DNA of 64,000 bases. It comes from an uncultured bacterium. Lineage in GTDB: Bacteria > Auribacterota > Erginobacteria > Erginobacterales > Erginobacteraceae. The translations under genes and the position numbers were made by a program. Location of the stretch: the NCBI GenBank assembly GCA_964587835.1, contig CAZPMN010000004.1:14351-78350 (forward strand), read 5' to 3'. Below are positions 45,786 through 55,489 of the stretch, piece after piece. Under the pieces are notes generated by a model. It was given only the letters and a program-made list of their open reading frames with translations. It did not search any database and was not told the DNA's origin. Position 1 is the stretch's first letter, and each line of letters begins with the position of its first letter.

Positions 45786-46438
45786 TTCCGCGCCTGGATG
45801 ATGATATCCGCCCGGAGCAGATGATGGAAGACCCAGTTGACAGCCGGGGGAAAACGATATACACAGCTGCTCTTCCGGGTGGAAATAACCCGGAAATAGC
45901 GGCCGACCAGTCGCCGGAACCGGGCGACAGTTAATTCCCTTTCGTGGGTATGGTCACGGATCAGCAACTTGTAGAGCAGGTTGCAGGCCGCGTACTTCAT
46001 ATTGGTCCCGATGACCAGGATCCCTCCCGGTTTCAGGACGCGGTGCAGTTCTTTCAGCAGCCTTTCCTGATCCCGGGTATGTTCTATCACGTTATAGCAG
46101 AGTATCCGGTCGAAGGAATCGCTCCTGAAGCTCAATCTGAACAGATCTTCCCGGAGGAGATCAAGCTCGGGATACTGTCTTTTGGCCAGTTTGAGCGCGG
46201 CGGCCGAGAAGTCTACCCCTACCCCCCTACTCCCCGGCGTGCAGACATAGTCCAGGAGGTATCCGATCCCGGTTCCGGCGTCCAGAACGATATCCCCTGC
46301 CCTGGGGTCTAATAATCTCTTGCTCCAGTAAAAACTGGGAATGGTATCCAGATCGTAAGCCGGGAGAGCTCCGTGGTGGCTTTGATAATACCCCTCGGTA
46401 TAGGCCTCGGGGTAGCTTCTCCGGCTTCGATCTTTCAT
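45782..46438 (-). CDS. Class I SAM-dependent methyltransferase
   Basis: DIVLDAGTGIGYLLDY (motif I), VLKPGGILVIGT. ATG 46438 chosen; the track ORF to 46957 has an Arg/Gly/Pro-rich extension. Confidence 0.7.
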   Translation of the reverse strand: MKDRSRRSYPEAYTEGYYQSHHGALPAYDLDTIPSFYWSKRLLDPRAGDIVLDAGTGIGYLLDYVCTPGSRGVGVDFSAAALKLAKRQYPELDLLREDLFRLSFRSDSFDRILCYNVIEHTRDQERLLKELHRVLKPGGILVIGTNMKYAACNLLYKLLIRDHTHERELTVARFRRLVGRYFRVISTRKSSCVYRFPPAVNWVFHHLLRADIIIQARK

Positions 46439-46449
46439 ATTCAACCCAT

Positions 46450-47850
46450 TCAGCGGGGAGACACCGCTTCCCGGAGCACGTTCCAGAGCGCCCCGGTCAG
46501 CTGAACCAGACGTCGGGGGGACTTGAGCTCTCCCACCAGGGAGAGGATATATCCGGGCCGGAGGTAAAATCTCAGGTAGGCCCGGCGGACCAGCGCCCGG
46601 ATTCTTCCGGCCGAGAGGTTTCCCTCCCAGATCCGGTAGACCCCTTCGCCAAAACTGAACCTGGTATAGGCGGCCTTCTCCGATCCGGCCATCTCTTCCA
46701 GCTCGGTCCCGGGAAAGATGACGGTTCCGCCCCAGCTGGTGGTATAGGGGCGGAGGTGGAGAGCGAGGGCGATCGACCGTTCCACGGTCTCCTCCGTCTC
46801 CCCGGGGAGGCCGATCATAAAGTAGGCGTGGGTCTTGATCCCCGCCTTCCGGGTCCAGGCAAAGGCTTCCTCCACCTGTCTTAAATTGTATCCCTTTTTG
46901 GCGGTATCCAGTACCTCCTGGGAGCCGGACTCCACGCCGTAGGAGATCAGCCAGCACCCCGCCTCTTTCATCAAGCCGAGCAGTTCGGGGTTGACCAGGT
47001 CCACCCGGGTGGTGCAGGACCAGGCGATCCGGATGCCCTCTTCCAGCAGCCGGTGGCAGAAGGTCTGAGCCCAGTCTTGCTTCAGGGTCAGGTTGTCATC
47101 ATAGAAATGCAGTTCCTTTACCCCATAGTCGGTCTGGAGTTTTCTGATCTCCTCGATAACGTTCCTTGAACTTCGATAGCGGATAGTCTTGCCGAAGGCG
47201 GCTCGGGAGCAGTAGACGCATTGGAAGGGACAGCCCCGGGTCGCCATAATGCTCGAGTAGGTTCCGTATCTTCCGTAGGGGGGGTGGGTCCGGTAGCGTC
47301 TCCAGGGAAATAGGTGGCGGGCCGGGAAGGGGATCTGGTCGAGATCCTTTAAGAAGCCCCGCGGAGGGGTCAGACGAACCGCTCCCTCCTCTCGGTAGGC
47401 TATCCCCCTGACCTTGGAGAGGGGAAGTTCTCCCCGCAGAACTCGGAGTATCTCCAGCAGAGTCTCCTCTCCTTCTCCCGCCACTGCCAAAGAGAGCCCG
47501 GGGTTCTCATCCAGGCACTCCCGGGGACGCGCCGAGGCGTGCACCCCTCCCAGAATGACCTCTGCCTCGGGGGCCGCCGCTCGAGCTATCTTGATAGCTT
47601 TTTGTGCCTGAGGGTAGACCGGGCTCATCGCCGTGACTCCGACCAGTCGGGGACGATACTCCCGGATCTGCCGCCTGATTTCTTCCTCGCTCAACCGGTC
47701 GGCCCAGGCGTCGATCACCCGGACCGGATAGCGATTTTTCTCTAAGATCGCGGCCAGGTAGGCCAAACCCAGCGGTAGAACCGGGTAGGAACCCTGAGCT
47801 GGTGGGTTGACCAGCAGGACCTTGAGTTGTTCCGGATCCGGCACGCTCAC
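46450..47850 (-). CDS. B12-binding domain radical SAM protein
   Basis: LKVLLVNPPAQ...VILGGVHASARPRE (B12-binding-like), MATRGCPFQCVYCS (CX3CX2C). GTG 47850 overlaps the upstream TGA (GTGA). Confidence 0.8.
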   Translation of the reverse strand: MSVPDPEQLKVLLVNPPAQGSYPVLPLGLAYLAAILEKNRYPVRVIDAWADRLSEEEIRRQIREYRPRLVGVTAMSPVYPQAQKAIKIARAAAPEAEVILGGVHASARPRECLDENPGLSLAVAGEGEETLLEILRVLRGELPLSKVRGIAYREEGAVRLTPPRGFLKDLDQIPFPARHLFPWRRYRTHPPYGRYGTYSSIMATRGCPFQCVYCSRAAFGKTIRYRSSRNVIEEIRKLQTDYGVKELHFYDDNLTLKQDWAQTFCHRLLEEGIRIAWSCTTRVDLVNPELLGLMKEAGCWLISYGVESGSQEVLDTAKKGYNLRQVEEAFAWTRKAGIKTHAYFMIGLPGETEETVERSIALALHLRPYTTSWGGTVIFPGTELEEMAGSEKAAYTRFSFGEGVYRIWEGNLSAGRIRALVRRAYLRFYLRPGYILSLVGELKSPRRLVQLTGALWNVLREAVSPR

Positions 47851-49214
47851 GCCTCCCGTCGCAAGAGTTGCTCGAGATAGATACCCGCGAAGAAAAATAG
47901 CATGGGCATACCGGTCATAAAGGCCCGGCTGGCGGTGTTTCCGACGTACTTGGAAAAGGAGCTGAAGACAAATGGTGCGGCGGTCACCGCCAATGTGAGC
48001 AGTACCGAGGGGTAGAGGATGGAGAACTCCTTTCGCTGGATGAAGAAGAAACCTGACAACAGGATCGGAAGAAATACCATCCAGAAGATGTTGAAGTTGC
48101 CCGCATCGAAGAGGTAATGCCCGAAGGCACGAAATGTCTCCGGGTGGAACTCCGGCGCCCGGTCCTGGGGCGCCAGCCCCAGCATAATCGAACGACTCCA
48201 CTTCAGCCAGAACCAGGGGATATTCGGCAAGAGAACGATCGAGAGCCAGAGAAGGGAATTTTTCATGATCCGGATGATCTTCCACCCCTTCGCCATCTGT
48301 CCCAGGAATAGCAGGGGGATCGCCCCGGCGGCTCCCAGAACCATCATCTCTTCCTTGACCCCCAGCCCGACCGCGCCGAAGGAGGCGGAAAGAATAAGAT
48401 AAATCGTCCTCTCCTCCCTAATCCAACGGTAGAGGTAGGCCGTTGCCCCCAGGAAGTATAAACCGATCACAATATCGAAGTAGGCAAATCCGGCGCTGAA
48501 GACCAGCAGGGGCAGGCTAAGAAGTCCGTATGTGAGCGGGAAGGCCACCGCTGTGGAGAGAAATGGGCGGAGACAGTAATAGAAGACAAGTCCCAGGCAG
48601 AGGTAATAGAAGAAAGTGTTGGAATTGACCAGTCGGTCCGACCACCGGTTCAGTGAGAGCCCGATCCAGGTCTTGAAGAGGGGGATCCCGTTGGGGTAGT
48701 GAGGGTTTTTGGCCCCGAGAAAATCCGGATGGCTTTCGTCGAGTATTATCGATTTGTGATGGTAATAAACTTTGCCTTTCAGGTTCCAGAAGGAGACGCT
48801 GTCGTCAAAGTAGGTGGGACTGACGGCGATGGTGTACGAGATGGAGGCGAGTTTTCCGGCCAGGAGAACGCCCAGGAATATCGCCAGGTATCTTCCGCTC
48901 TTGCCCTGATCGGAAAGCGCCCCGGGCTGCAGCGGAAGACCTTCCACCTTGCCTGCCCGCCGCCGTCGCGTCAGCCCTGCCAGGAGCAGGCAAGGCCAGA
49001 AAGCCGCCGAGGAAGTCCAGAAAGTCAGAGGCAGGCCGAGAAACCCCAGGTAAAACATAAAGTAAGTAAGCACGCCGCTGCCCAGGGCGAACCCAAGTGC
49101 CCACCTCTCCCCGGCGGCTAACTGAACCTTGCCCCGTTCCAGGAGAACGATCAGGCAATACCCGATAACTGTGGGGACGGCGTAAGCCAGGAGTAATCTT
49201 AAGATGGTGAGCAC
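47847..49214 (-). CDS. Polytopic membrane protein (about 12 TMs), putative glycan polymerase/ligase or GT-C-like; function unknown
   Basis: Hydrophobicity pattern only; no diagnostic motif recognised. Confidence 0.45.
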   Translation of the reverse strand: MLTILRLLLAYAVPTVIGYCLIVLLERGKVQLAAGERWALGFALGSGVLTYFMFYLGFLGLPLTFWTSSAAFWPCLLLAGLTRRRRAGKVEGLPLQPGALSDQGKSGRYLAIFLGVLLAGKLASISYTIAVSPTYFDDSVSFWNLKGKVYYHHKSIILDESHPDFLGAKNPHYPNGIPLFKTWIGLSLNRWSDRLVNSNTFFYYLCLGLVFYYCLRPFLSTAVAFPLTYGLLSLPLLVFSAGFAYFDIVIGLYFLGATAYLYRWIREERTIYLILSASFGAVGLGVKEEMMVLGAAGAIPLLFLGQMAKGWKIIRIMKNSLLWLSIVLLPNIPWFWLKWSRSIMLGLAPQDRAPEFHPETFRAFGHYLFDAGNFNIFWMVFLPILLSGFFFIQRKEFSILYPSVLLTLAVTAAPFVFSSFSKYVGNTASRAFMTGMPMLFFFAGIYLEQLLRREA

Positions 49215-49218
49215 GGTG

Positions 49219-50358
49219 CTATTCCCTTCCGGCTTTGATCTCCATAATGCTGAGCAAGAAGGAGGAGAAAATTGTTTGCGTTCCGATTATGACGAACGTC
49301 AGGCCGAGGATCGCCAGCCGCAGTTCGTAGATAGCCCCGGCGAGGGCGAAAAATTTGACCAGGAGGTAGACCAGGATTGCGAAGCCGCCGGCGGCGATCA
49401 CCGTTCCCAGGATCACTCCGCGATGGAGATTGAATTTCCGGTAAAACCCCTCGATGAAGGGGTCGCTGATGATCTTCTCCTGGTAACTGTAGGCCTTGGC
49501 ATACAAACCCAAATTTATGATCTGGTAGCCGAGGATGGCCAGGAGGCTTCCCAGGACCATAAAGTGCTGGTCGTAGCCGTGGCCGCCGATCCAGATCGGC
49601 CCCCGCAGCAGTGCCAGCAGGGGGATGAAACCCAGGACCAGCAGTACCGTACCCGGAACCAGGAAGAGGTGGGTGGGACTGTACATCAGCATAAAGCGCA
49701 GGTGCCGGAAGCCGTCGGGGAGCGGCCGGAGATGGGGCTTTCTCTCCCCGGGGGAGTGGTGAAGGGTGATTGGGACCTCTCTGATCTTCAGCCCGAGGAG
49801 GGAGGCCTTGATCACCATCTCGGAGGCAAACTCCATCCCGGGCGTTTTGAGCTTCATCCGTTCAAAAGCCTCCCGGGTGAAGGACCTCATTCCGCAATGG
49901 GCGTCGCCGATTTGAGTCTTGTAGATGAGGTTGAGAAAAGTGGAGAGGAAGGGATTCCCAATATGCCGGTTGGCCCAGGGCATCGCCCCCGGCTCGATCT
50001 CCCCCTTCAGGCGGTTTCCGATCACCATATCGTAGCCTTCCCGCAGCGGGGTGATGAACCTCTCCAGGTCGGTGAAGTCGTAGGTATCGTCGGAATCACC
50101 GATGATGATGTACCGGCCGTTCGCTTCCGGGATCCCGCCGAGATAGGCGGCGCCGTATCCCTTTCTTCCCACCGGCACGACCCTGGCCCCGGCCGATCGG
50201 GCGATCTCTTTCGAGCCGTCGGTGGAGCCGTTGTCGGCCACGATCACCTCCCCGGCAATTCCCAGTTCTTCCAGGGTGGAGAGAGCCTTCCTGACGCAGC
50301 TGCCGACAGTGGCTGCTTCGTTGAGACAGGGCATAACTACTGAAACTTCAGGGGTCAT
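49219..50358 (-). CDS. GT2 polyprenyl-phosphate sugar synthase-like glycosyltransferase (DPM1/GtrB/ArnC-like) with C-terminal TMs
   Basis: VSVVMPCLNEAATV...VIVADNGSTDGS...IIIGDSDDTYD are GT2 motifs, plus two C-terminal TM helices typical of GtrB/ArnC. Confidence 0.8.
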   Translation of the reverse strand: MTPEVSVVMPCLNEAATVGSCVRKALSTLEELGIAGEVIVADNGSTDGSKEIARSAGARVVPVGRKGYGAAYLGGIPEANGRYIIIGDSDDTYDFTDLERFITPLREGYDMVIGNRLKGEIEPGAMPWANRHIGNPFLSTFLNLIYKTQIGDAHCGMRSFTREAFERMKLKTPGMEFASEMVIKASLLGLKIREVPITLHHSPGERKPHLRPLPDGFRHLRFMLMYSPTHLFLVPGTVLLVLGFIPLLALLRGPIWIGGHGYDQHFMVLGSLLAILGYQIINLGLYAKAYSYQEKIISDPFIEGFYRKFNLHRGVILGTVIAAGGFAILVYLLVKFFALAGAIYELRLAILGLTFVIIGTQTIFSSFLLSIMEIKAGRE

Positions 50359-51548
50359 CAGTCTACCTCGTCTTCCCGGAAGATAAAGGAGTCGGCTTCA
50401 AGCCGGGAGCGGATTGAACCCGGTCGGGAGATAAAGCGCTTGCCGGTTTCATCCCGGCGGACCAGGCGGCGGGTCTCCGGGTCAAACCGGATCTGGGGGT
50501 TTTGATAGACCGCATGGTAAGGAATTTTTTCCCCGGGAAGGTAACGGTTCCAGGTGGAGGATTTGATGCCCCGGGGATAGAGGAAATACTGGATCCGGCA
50601 GTCGAAGGGCCACATCGGCGTCGAGTAGAAATTATACCGGACCGTCTTCGGGATGACCTCCCGGCAGAGATCGACGAAGCCGTAGAAATTTCCCAGGGCC
50701 GGGAAAGTCTTCTCTCCCGGCGGCGGCTTGACATAAGAATCGTGGATTCCTTTTATGGTCTGGTATTGGCTGTAGCTCTCCCGGACATCGTAGAGCACCC
50801 AGACCGCAAGCAGAATTAGCGCGGTCCGCAGGACGATCCGGCTCCGCCCCTTGCCCCGGGACCGAATATAGAAGATCGCCGCTGCCAGGAATACCGCTAT
50901 CGCCAGGATATTCAGCCAGCTGACGAATGACTTGCCGAAAATTCTCGGGCCGTTCAGCGAATTGATCGACCCCAGGTTCAACCTCCGGGGCAGGAGAAAT
51001 TCCCGCCACTGGTCGGCAAGGTAAAGTGCAAGGGAAAACGGCCTGATCTCTATGGAATCGATCTCCACCCAGCCGGGGCGGCCCCCGAAGGCCAGTCCCA
51101 GCCTCCCGGCCTCTCCGGCCGGAGAGATCCAGAAAGTATGAAAGTTGGCGTCGAGGGGAGGTTGAACAGGATCCGAAACCGGAACCATCAAGCCATCCCG
51201 GTCCTGTCCGAGGATCAGGAAGTTGCGGGGAGACTGGATCCGGAGGCGTACCCTCAGATAAGCTTTCGCCTCGGTCGGTGGCGCCGGATCCGCCGGCGGG
51301 TAGAGCTGGAACCTTTCTCCTCCCAGCACCTGAAGCCCTGCCGGAACCGGGCCTCCGGCCTCGATCCCCTCCCCTCTCCAGCCGGCGAAATCCCGGCCGG
51401 TTTCGAATATCCGGGGAGCGGACTCCCCGGCTGGGGCGGACGTTAAGGGGAAGATCAGCAGTCCGACCCCGGCGAGGACAGCCAGGGCCGATTGGTTTCC
51501 CAGTGTCAATTCTTTCAAGACAAACCGCCCGATTACGATTGTGGACAA
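50358..51548 (-). CDS. Hypothetical membrane-anchored/secreted protein (TTG start)
   Basis: N-terminal hydrophobic segment, internal TM; no recognisable domain. Confidence 0.45.
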   Translation of the reverse strand: MSTIVIGRFVLKELTLGNQSALAVLAGVGLLIFPLTSAPAGESAPRIFETGRDFAGWRGEGIEAGGPVPAGLQVLGGERFQLYPPADPAPPTEAKAYLRVRLRIQSPRNFLILGQDRDGLMVPVSDPVQPPLDANFHTFWISPAGEAGRLGLAFGGRPGWVEIDSIEIRPFSLALYLADQWREFLLPRRLNLGSINSLNGPRIFGKSFVSWLNILAIAVFLAAAIFYIRSRGKGRSRIVLRTALILLAVWVLYDVRESYSQYQTIKGIHDSYVKPPPGEKTFPALGNFYGFVDLCREVIPKTVRYNFYSTPMWPFDCRIQYFLYPRGIKSSTWNRYLPGEKIPYHAVYQNPQIRFDPETRRLVRRDETGKRFISRPGSIRSRLEADSFIFREDEVD

Positions 51549-51573
51549 AATGGCTTTTGCTTCTCAACAGGTT

Positions 51574-51619
51574 GAGATTGCTTCGGCCCCTCCGCTTCGC
51601 TTCGGGCCCTCGCAATGAC
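51574..51619. repeat. Copy B of the GAGATTGCTTCG...CTCGCAATGAC palindromic repeat element (46 nt), 26 nt upstream of the start of gene 50358..51548
   Basis: gagattgcttcggcccctccgcttcgcttcgggccctcgcaatgac read directly. Confidence 0.6.
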
Positions 51620-51829
51620 CAAAAATTGGCAAAATTGACAATTGCCGGACAGCCTCACCAGCCCGTGGATATGTCCGTAAATCATCCATTTATTGTTTAG
51701 GATAAATCGCGGAAGTCGGGTTAACCCAGGTTACACTTTGCGTTCCGGGCAGAAATGTAACAGTTTTTCTGGGGGCCCGCAAACAGTAAGACCGTGCCTT
51801 TGCCGGTCCGACTTCGGATGAAGATGAAT

Positions 51830-53860
51830 TCAGGGAACAGTCAGCGCGGTGGGAAGGTAGAGGATCTGATGCTGGTCAAGCAGCTGATCGGGTGAGATCC
51901 CCCAGATCCGGGGGAGGTAGTTGAGGGCCATTGCGGTGTCGAAGTGGCGGTAAAAAGCAGCCGATGCCTCCGGGGGAAGCCTCAGCCCCTGTTTCCGGCT
52001 CAGGCCGAGCAGGTACAGGTCCCAGGTACCGGGGGCCGGGTCTTCCGGGAAGAGGATGTTGGCCCGGATCCGGACCGTTTCCCCTTCCCGCCAGCGGTTG
52101 GTCGGGTACACCCGGTAGGGAGCCATCAGGAACTGCTGGATCACCCGGTCGGGGGCGTTTCGGTTGACCAAGCGGACGACAAAGAGGATATCGTCCAGAG
52201 GTGTCTGTGCCGCCCGAAGATCGGCTGAGAATTCCAGGACTGGGAAGCCGAGCTCCTCCCGCGTTAGCGCCTGGGCCAGGCCGAACTCCAGGCCCGGGAA
52301 CCCCGCCGCCGGCCGGAAGTTCCCCTCCCCCGCCGGGACCGTTTGGACCACCCCGGGGGCGAAGCTCTCCCCCCGCCGGAAGAGGGTCAGGGAGTTGACC
52401 GTCGCCGCCAGCTCCCACTTCCCCTCCCGGAGAAAGGCGTTGACCGCCCGGTCTCCGCCAGGGGTGTAGAAGTCGTAGAAGGTCAGCCAGTCGTTGAAGT
52501 CGGCCAGGATATATTCCGCCCTCTCCCCCATCACCTTCACGTGGCCGGCCCAGTCCGGACGCCGCGAGGATGCATAAAGGTGGTAGAAGAAGAACATCTG
52601 CGGGCGGCTGGAGAGCTTCGGCGTGAACTCGAAGGTGGCCGCCACCGGGGCCGGAGGGGGAATAGTTTCCAACATCGTCTCCCGGACAGCGTCCTCGGGG
52701 GCAAACCGCCAGCCCGGGAACTGCTCTCCCAGCCGGGGGACGGGGCCGAAACTCCAGGCCGTGAACAGGGAGATCAGGACAATCGCCGCCGCCAGGTGCG
52801 GGCCCCTCCCCCGCAACGACCGCCACTTGAGCAGGTTCCCCAGGCCGAGGGCGGCGGAGGCAAAGACCATCGGGGTGATGATCGAGGAGTACTGGTAACG
52901 GATGGAGAAGTGGCTGAACCGCTCCGAGAGCAGCCCCTCGGCCGTCGAGATCAGCACCATCAGGAGGCCGGAGGGCGAGAAGAGGGGCAGCAGGCCCACC
53001 GGGGAGATGAGCTGCCAGAGATAGGTGAGCTTGGGACCGGTCAGGACACCCCCCAGGACGTATCCTGGCCGGGTGGCCAGGGTGAGGAGGATCCGCCCCG
53101 GGGAGTCCCCCAGCCAGCCGAAGAACGACTCCACCATCTGCGGACTCTCCACCGGGGCCGGAACCGCCAGACTGGGGATCAAACCCTCGCAGAGATAGAA
53201 CCAGGCCGGGCCGGCCAGGAGCGGCACCAGGGCCCAGCGGTAGAGGGACCAGAAACCTTCCCGGCCTTCCCGGCGCACGGTGATCAGGGCGTAGACCCCG
53301 AGGGCGAAGACGGGGATGGCGACATCCTGTCGCACCGAGAGGGCCGCCGCCACGAAAGCCAGGTACCACCCCCATCGCCTGCCCTGGAGAAAGTAAAATG
53401 CATAGAGCAGCAGGGGCGTGGCGAAGGCGATCGGGTGGAACTCAAAGAGGTTGACGTGCTGGAGGGCGGGATAAGCCAGGTAGGCGAAGGTCAGCGCCAG
53501 ACCCGGGAGAGCTCCGGTCCGCCTCCGGGCGATCAGAAAGACCGCCCCGGCCCCGGAGGCCAGGGCGACGGACTGGAGGACGAGGAGCAGGGGCGGACCG
53601 GGCCAGACCAGGTAGAGCGGCAGGAGGGGCAGCAGGATAAACCACTTGTGCCCGCTGAGCAGGGCGGCCGTCCCGTACTCCGGCGAGACCAGCACCCCGT
53701 GGCCGGCGTTGAAGACGGTCTGGTTGATCGCCGCCAGGTCCATATCGTGGAAGGAGAAGGACCGGTAGCGCACCAAGGCGATTGCCGAAAATACGGCGGC
53801 ATAGACCGCTATCAGCGTCAGAATCGGCAGGATAACCTTCCAATTACGTTTAATTTTCAC
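51830..53860 (-). CDS. DUF2079-like large polytopic membrane protein
   Basis: N-terminal YRSFSFHDMDLAAINQTVFNAGHG resembles the DUF2079 signature; many TMs. Confidence 0.55.
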   Translation of the reverse strand: MKIKRNWKVILPILTLIAVYAAVFSAIALVRYRSFSFHDMDLAAINQTVFNAGHGVLVSPEYGTAALLSGHKWFILLPLLPLYLVWPGPPLLLVLQSVALASGAGAVFLIARRRTGALPGLALTFAYLAYPALQHVNLFEFHPIAFATPLLLYAFYFLQGRRWGWYLAFVAAALSVRQDVAIPVFALGVYALITVRREGREGFWSLYRWALVPLLAGPAWFYLCEGLIPSLAVPAPVESPQMVESFFGWLGDSPGRILLTLATRPGYVLGGVLTGPKLTYLWQLISPVGLLPLFSPSGLLMVLISTAEGLLSERFSHFSIRYQYSSIITPMVFASAALGLGNLLKWRSLRGRGPHLAAAIVLISLFTAWSFGPVPRLGEQFPGWRFAPEDAVRETMLETIPPPAPVAATFEFTPKLSSRPQMFFFYHLYASSRRPDWAGHVKVMGERAEYILADFNDWLTFYDFYTPGGDRAVNAFLREGKWELAATVNSLTLFRRGESFAPGVVQTVPAGEGNFRPAAGFPGLEFGLAQALTREELGFPVLEFSADLRAAQTPLDDILFVVRLVNRNAPDRVIQQFLMAPYRVYPTNRWREGETVRIRANILFPEDPAPGTWDLYLLGLSRKQGLRLPPEASAAFYRHFDTAMALNYLPRIWGISPDQLLDQHQILYLPTALTVP

Positions 53861-54672
53861 TGGGAATTATATCCCGGGAGTCTTCGGGGGGGATCCCCGG
53901 AGAGCGCGGGTTTTTGTGCTATCAATAAAGATTCCCAGGGCTTGCTATAAATATTTATGAATCCGGTTTCCGACATCATCCTTCTTATCTTAATCGGGTT
54001 GCTTAACCACACTGCATCAGAGTCATCAGAGATGTATGTTTCTTCGTCGATTTGGGGATCAAGATAAAGAGGCATCTTCGATCTGGTCAGCCAGGAAAAC
54101 ATCTCTCTGAGAGCGGTTCCGGGCATTACCTTGAAGATTAGTTGGGCGTAGAGAAGATAAATAAAACCTTTCGGTTTAAGTATCCGGTATATCTGTTGAA
54201 TAAGCTGTTCCGGGTAAATTGTGTGTTCAATGAAAAATCTTGATATGACCAGATCCGCAAATTCTGGAGGTAATTGCGGATTGATTGCATCCATTCTGCG
54301 GAAATCAATATTGTTATGGTCTGGGGAGATGAGTCGCCCGGCATATTCACCAAGATCGATTGCCCAGATCCGTTTATGCGGAAGATGGGTCGATATGGCG
54401 ACAGGCAGATCACCGGCTCCGCAGCCGAGATCAACGATGTTATTTGCTTCCCGGCAGAGTTCCAGGAAAGATTTACGCCGGCACATATCTTGCCATATAT
54501 CTCGGGATTCAAGGGTGGAAAAATAACGATCAGCCTGATGGGATTGATAATATTCGCGCACCTTTTGATCTATCGCCTTCGGCTGATTACCGATATACCG
54601 CCGCAATCTTCTTCCCCGCATAGCCTGGAGTAACCGGACGGCCGGGTTGGGTGTCTTTTTCGGGGTAGTCAT
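53857..54672 (-). CDS. Class I SAM-dependent methyltransferase
   Basis: VDLGCGAGDLPVAIS (motif I), ILKPKGFIYL (motif III-like). Confidence 0.7.
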   Translation of the reverse strand: MTTPKKTPNPAVRLLQAMRGRRLRRYIGNQPKAIDQKVREYYQSHQADRYFSTLESRDIWQDMCRRKSFLELCREANNIVDLGCGAGDLPVAISTHLPHKRIWAIDLGEYAGRLISPDHNNIDFRRMDAINPQLPPEFADLVISRFFIEHTIYPEQLIQQIYRILKPKGFIYLLYAQLIFKVMPGTALREMFSWLTRSKMPLYLDPQIDEETYISDDSDAVWLSNPIKIRRMMSETGFINIYSKPWESLLIAQKPALSGDPPRRLPGYNSQ

Positions 54673-54723
54673 TGCTTCTGAATCAGTGGCGCTGGATTAA
54701 ATTATCCAAGGGGGATGAAGCGA

Positions 54724-55446
54724 TTAATTCCCATCCTCCTTGGTTGGATGATAGAGGACGAAACGGTAAAACAAGGATTTAGGCAGAAAAATATTCCCCA
54801 ACCCATCAATGAGCAGACCGACCGGAATGGTTATCAGCCAGATCGGGAGATATCGCAAGGGAGTCTTCAGGACCAGGGGACTGAAATATAGCAACCCCAG
54901 ATGAAGGAGGAATCTTCCCGGCCCTTCCCGCCAGTTTCCAATTCCCAGTTGGCTGGCCGAGGTCCGCTTTCTTCGGAAGGTGAAAAAAAACTCCAGATGC
55001 CCCAGAAACCCCTTTCTCCTCTTTTCCGCGAGGTCAAATCCGTGCTGCCTCATCAGTTCTTCTAACTCGTTCTCTCCGAAGACTCGGACGTGGTGAATCT
55101 CCAAGGGATAGGAGGGGCGGAGGCGGGCCAGCCATTCTTCCGACTTCCAATAGGGAACCTCGGCGATCACTTCTCCCCCGGGTTTGAGACAACGGCGGAT
55201 CTCTCCCAGGGCAGCATCTAGGTCGTCAATATGCTCGAGCACGTCTCGGGCTTCTATCGCGTCAAAAACCCCGTCTCTGAACCCTAACCGCTCACCGCTC
55301 ATAGCCAGGAAAATCAATTTGGGATAGCGCCGGGCGGCGATGTCGAGATCGAGGAGGGAGATATCGACCCCGAATACAATTTTTCTCCGGGAAAGAAGCG
55401 AGGTGTTGTAGCCCTGCCCGCAGCCCAGTTCGAGAACCTTTTTCAT
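54724..55446 (-). CDS. Class I SAM-dependent methyltransferase with C-terminal TM segment
   Basis: VLELGCGQGYNTSLL (motif I), VFDAIEARDVLEHI, CLKPGGEV. Confidence 0.7.
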   Translation of the reverse strand: MKKVLELGCGQGYNTSLLSRRKIVFGVDISLLDLDIAARRYPKLIFLAMSGERLGFRDGVFDAIEARDVLEHIDDLDAALGEIRRCLKPGGEVIAEVPYWKSEEWLARLRPSYPLEIHHVRVFGENELEELMRQHGFDLAEKRRKGFLGHLEFFFTFRRKRTSASQLGIGNWREGPGRFLLHLGLLYFSPLVLKTPLRYLPIWLITIPVGLLIDGLGNIFLPKSLFYRFVLYHPTKEDGN

Positions 55447-55489
55447 CCTCGCAATGACAAGGCGCTGTATTTTGAGTTCCGGGTAAAAT

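Noticed and set aside
45782-46957. N-terminal Arg/Gly/Pro-rich extensions of several track ORFs (45782..46957, 46450..48285, 38073..38807, 25827..26987, 55490..56611, 58664..59551, 59365..60246, 60248..61660)
   Set aside because: Extensions overlap upstream genes and lack domain content. In-frame internal starts with RBS, often in ATGA/GTGA overlap with the upstream stop, give canonical protein lengths, so starts were reassigned.
51550-51618. Small peptide reading of the palindromic repeat elements (three copies translate in frame as EIAS....SQ-stop)
   Set aside because: Copy C is out of frame, there is no RBS or conserved start, and the in-frame property is explained by palindromic symmetry. 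Treated as non-coding.
52343-53950. 535-aa plus-strand ORF antisense to the DUF2079 membrane gene. Similar long antisense ORFs: 310..1335(-), 1827..2825(-), 2770..3873(-), 7317..8183(-), 8460..9347(-), 12905..14014(+), 27738..28994(+), 31816..32820(-).
   Set aside because: Products are Arg/Gly/Pro-rich and low-complexity, typical of stop-poor antisense frames in >60% GC DNA. The opposite strand carries genes with clear family signatures.
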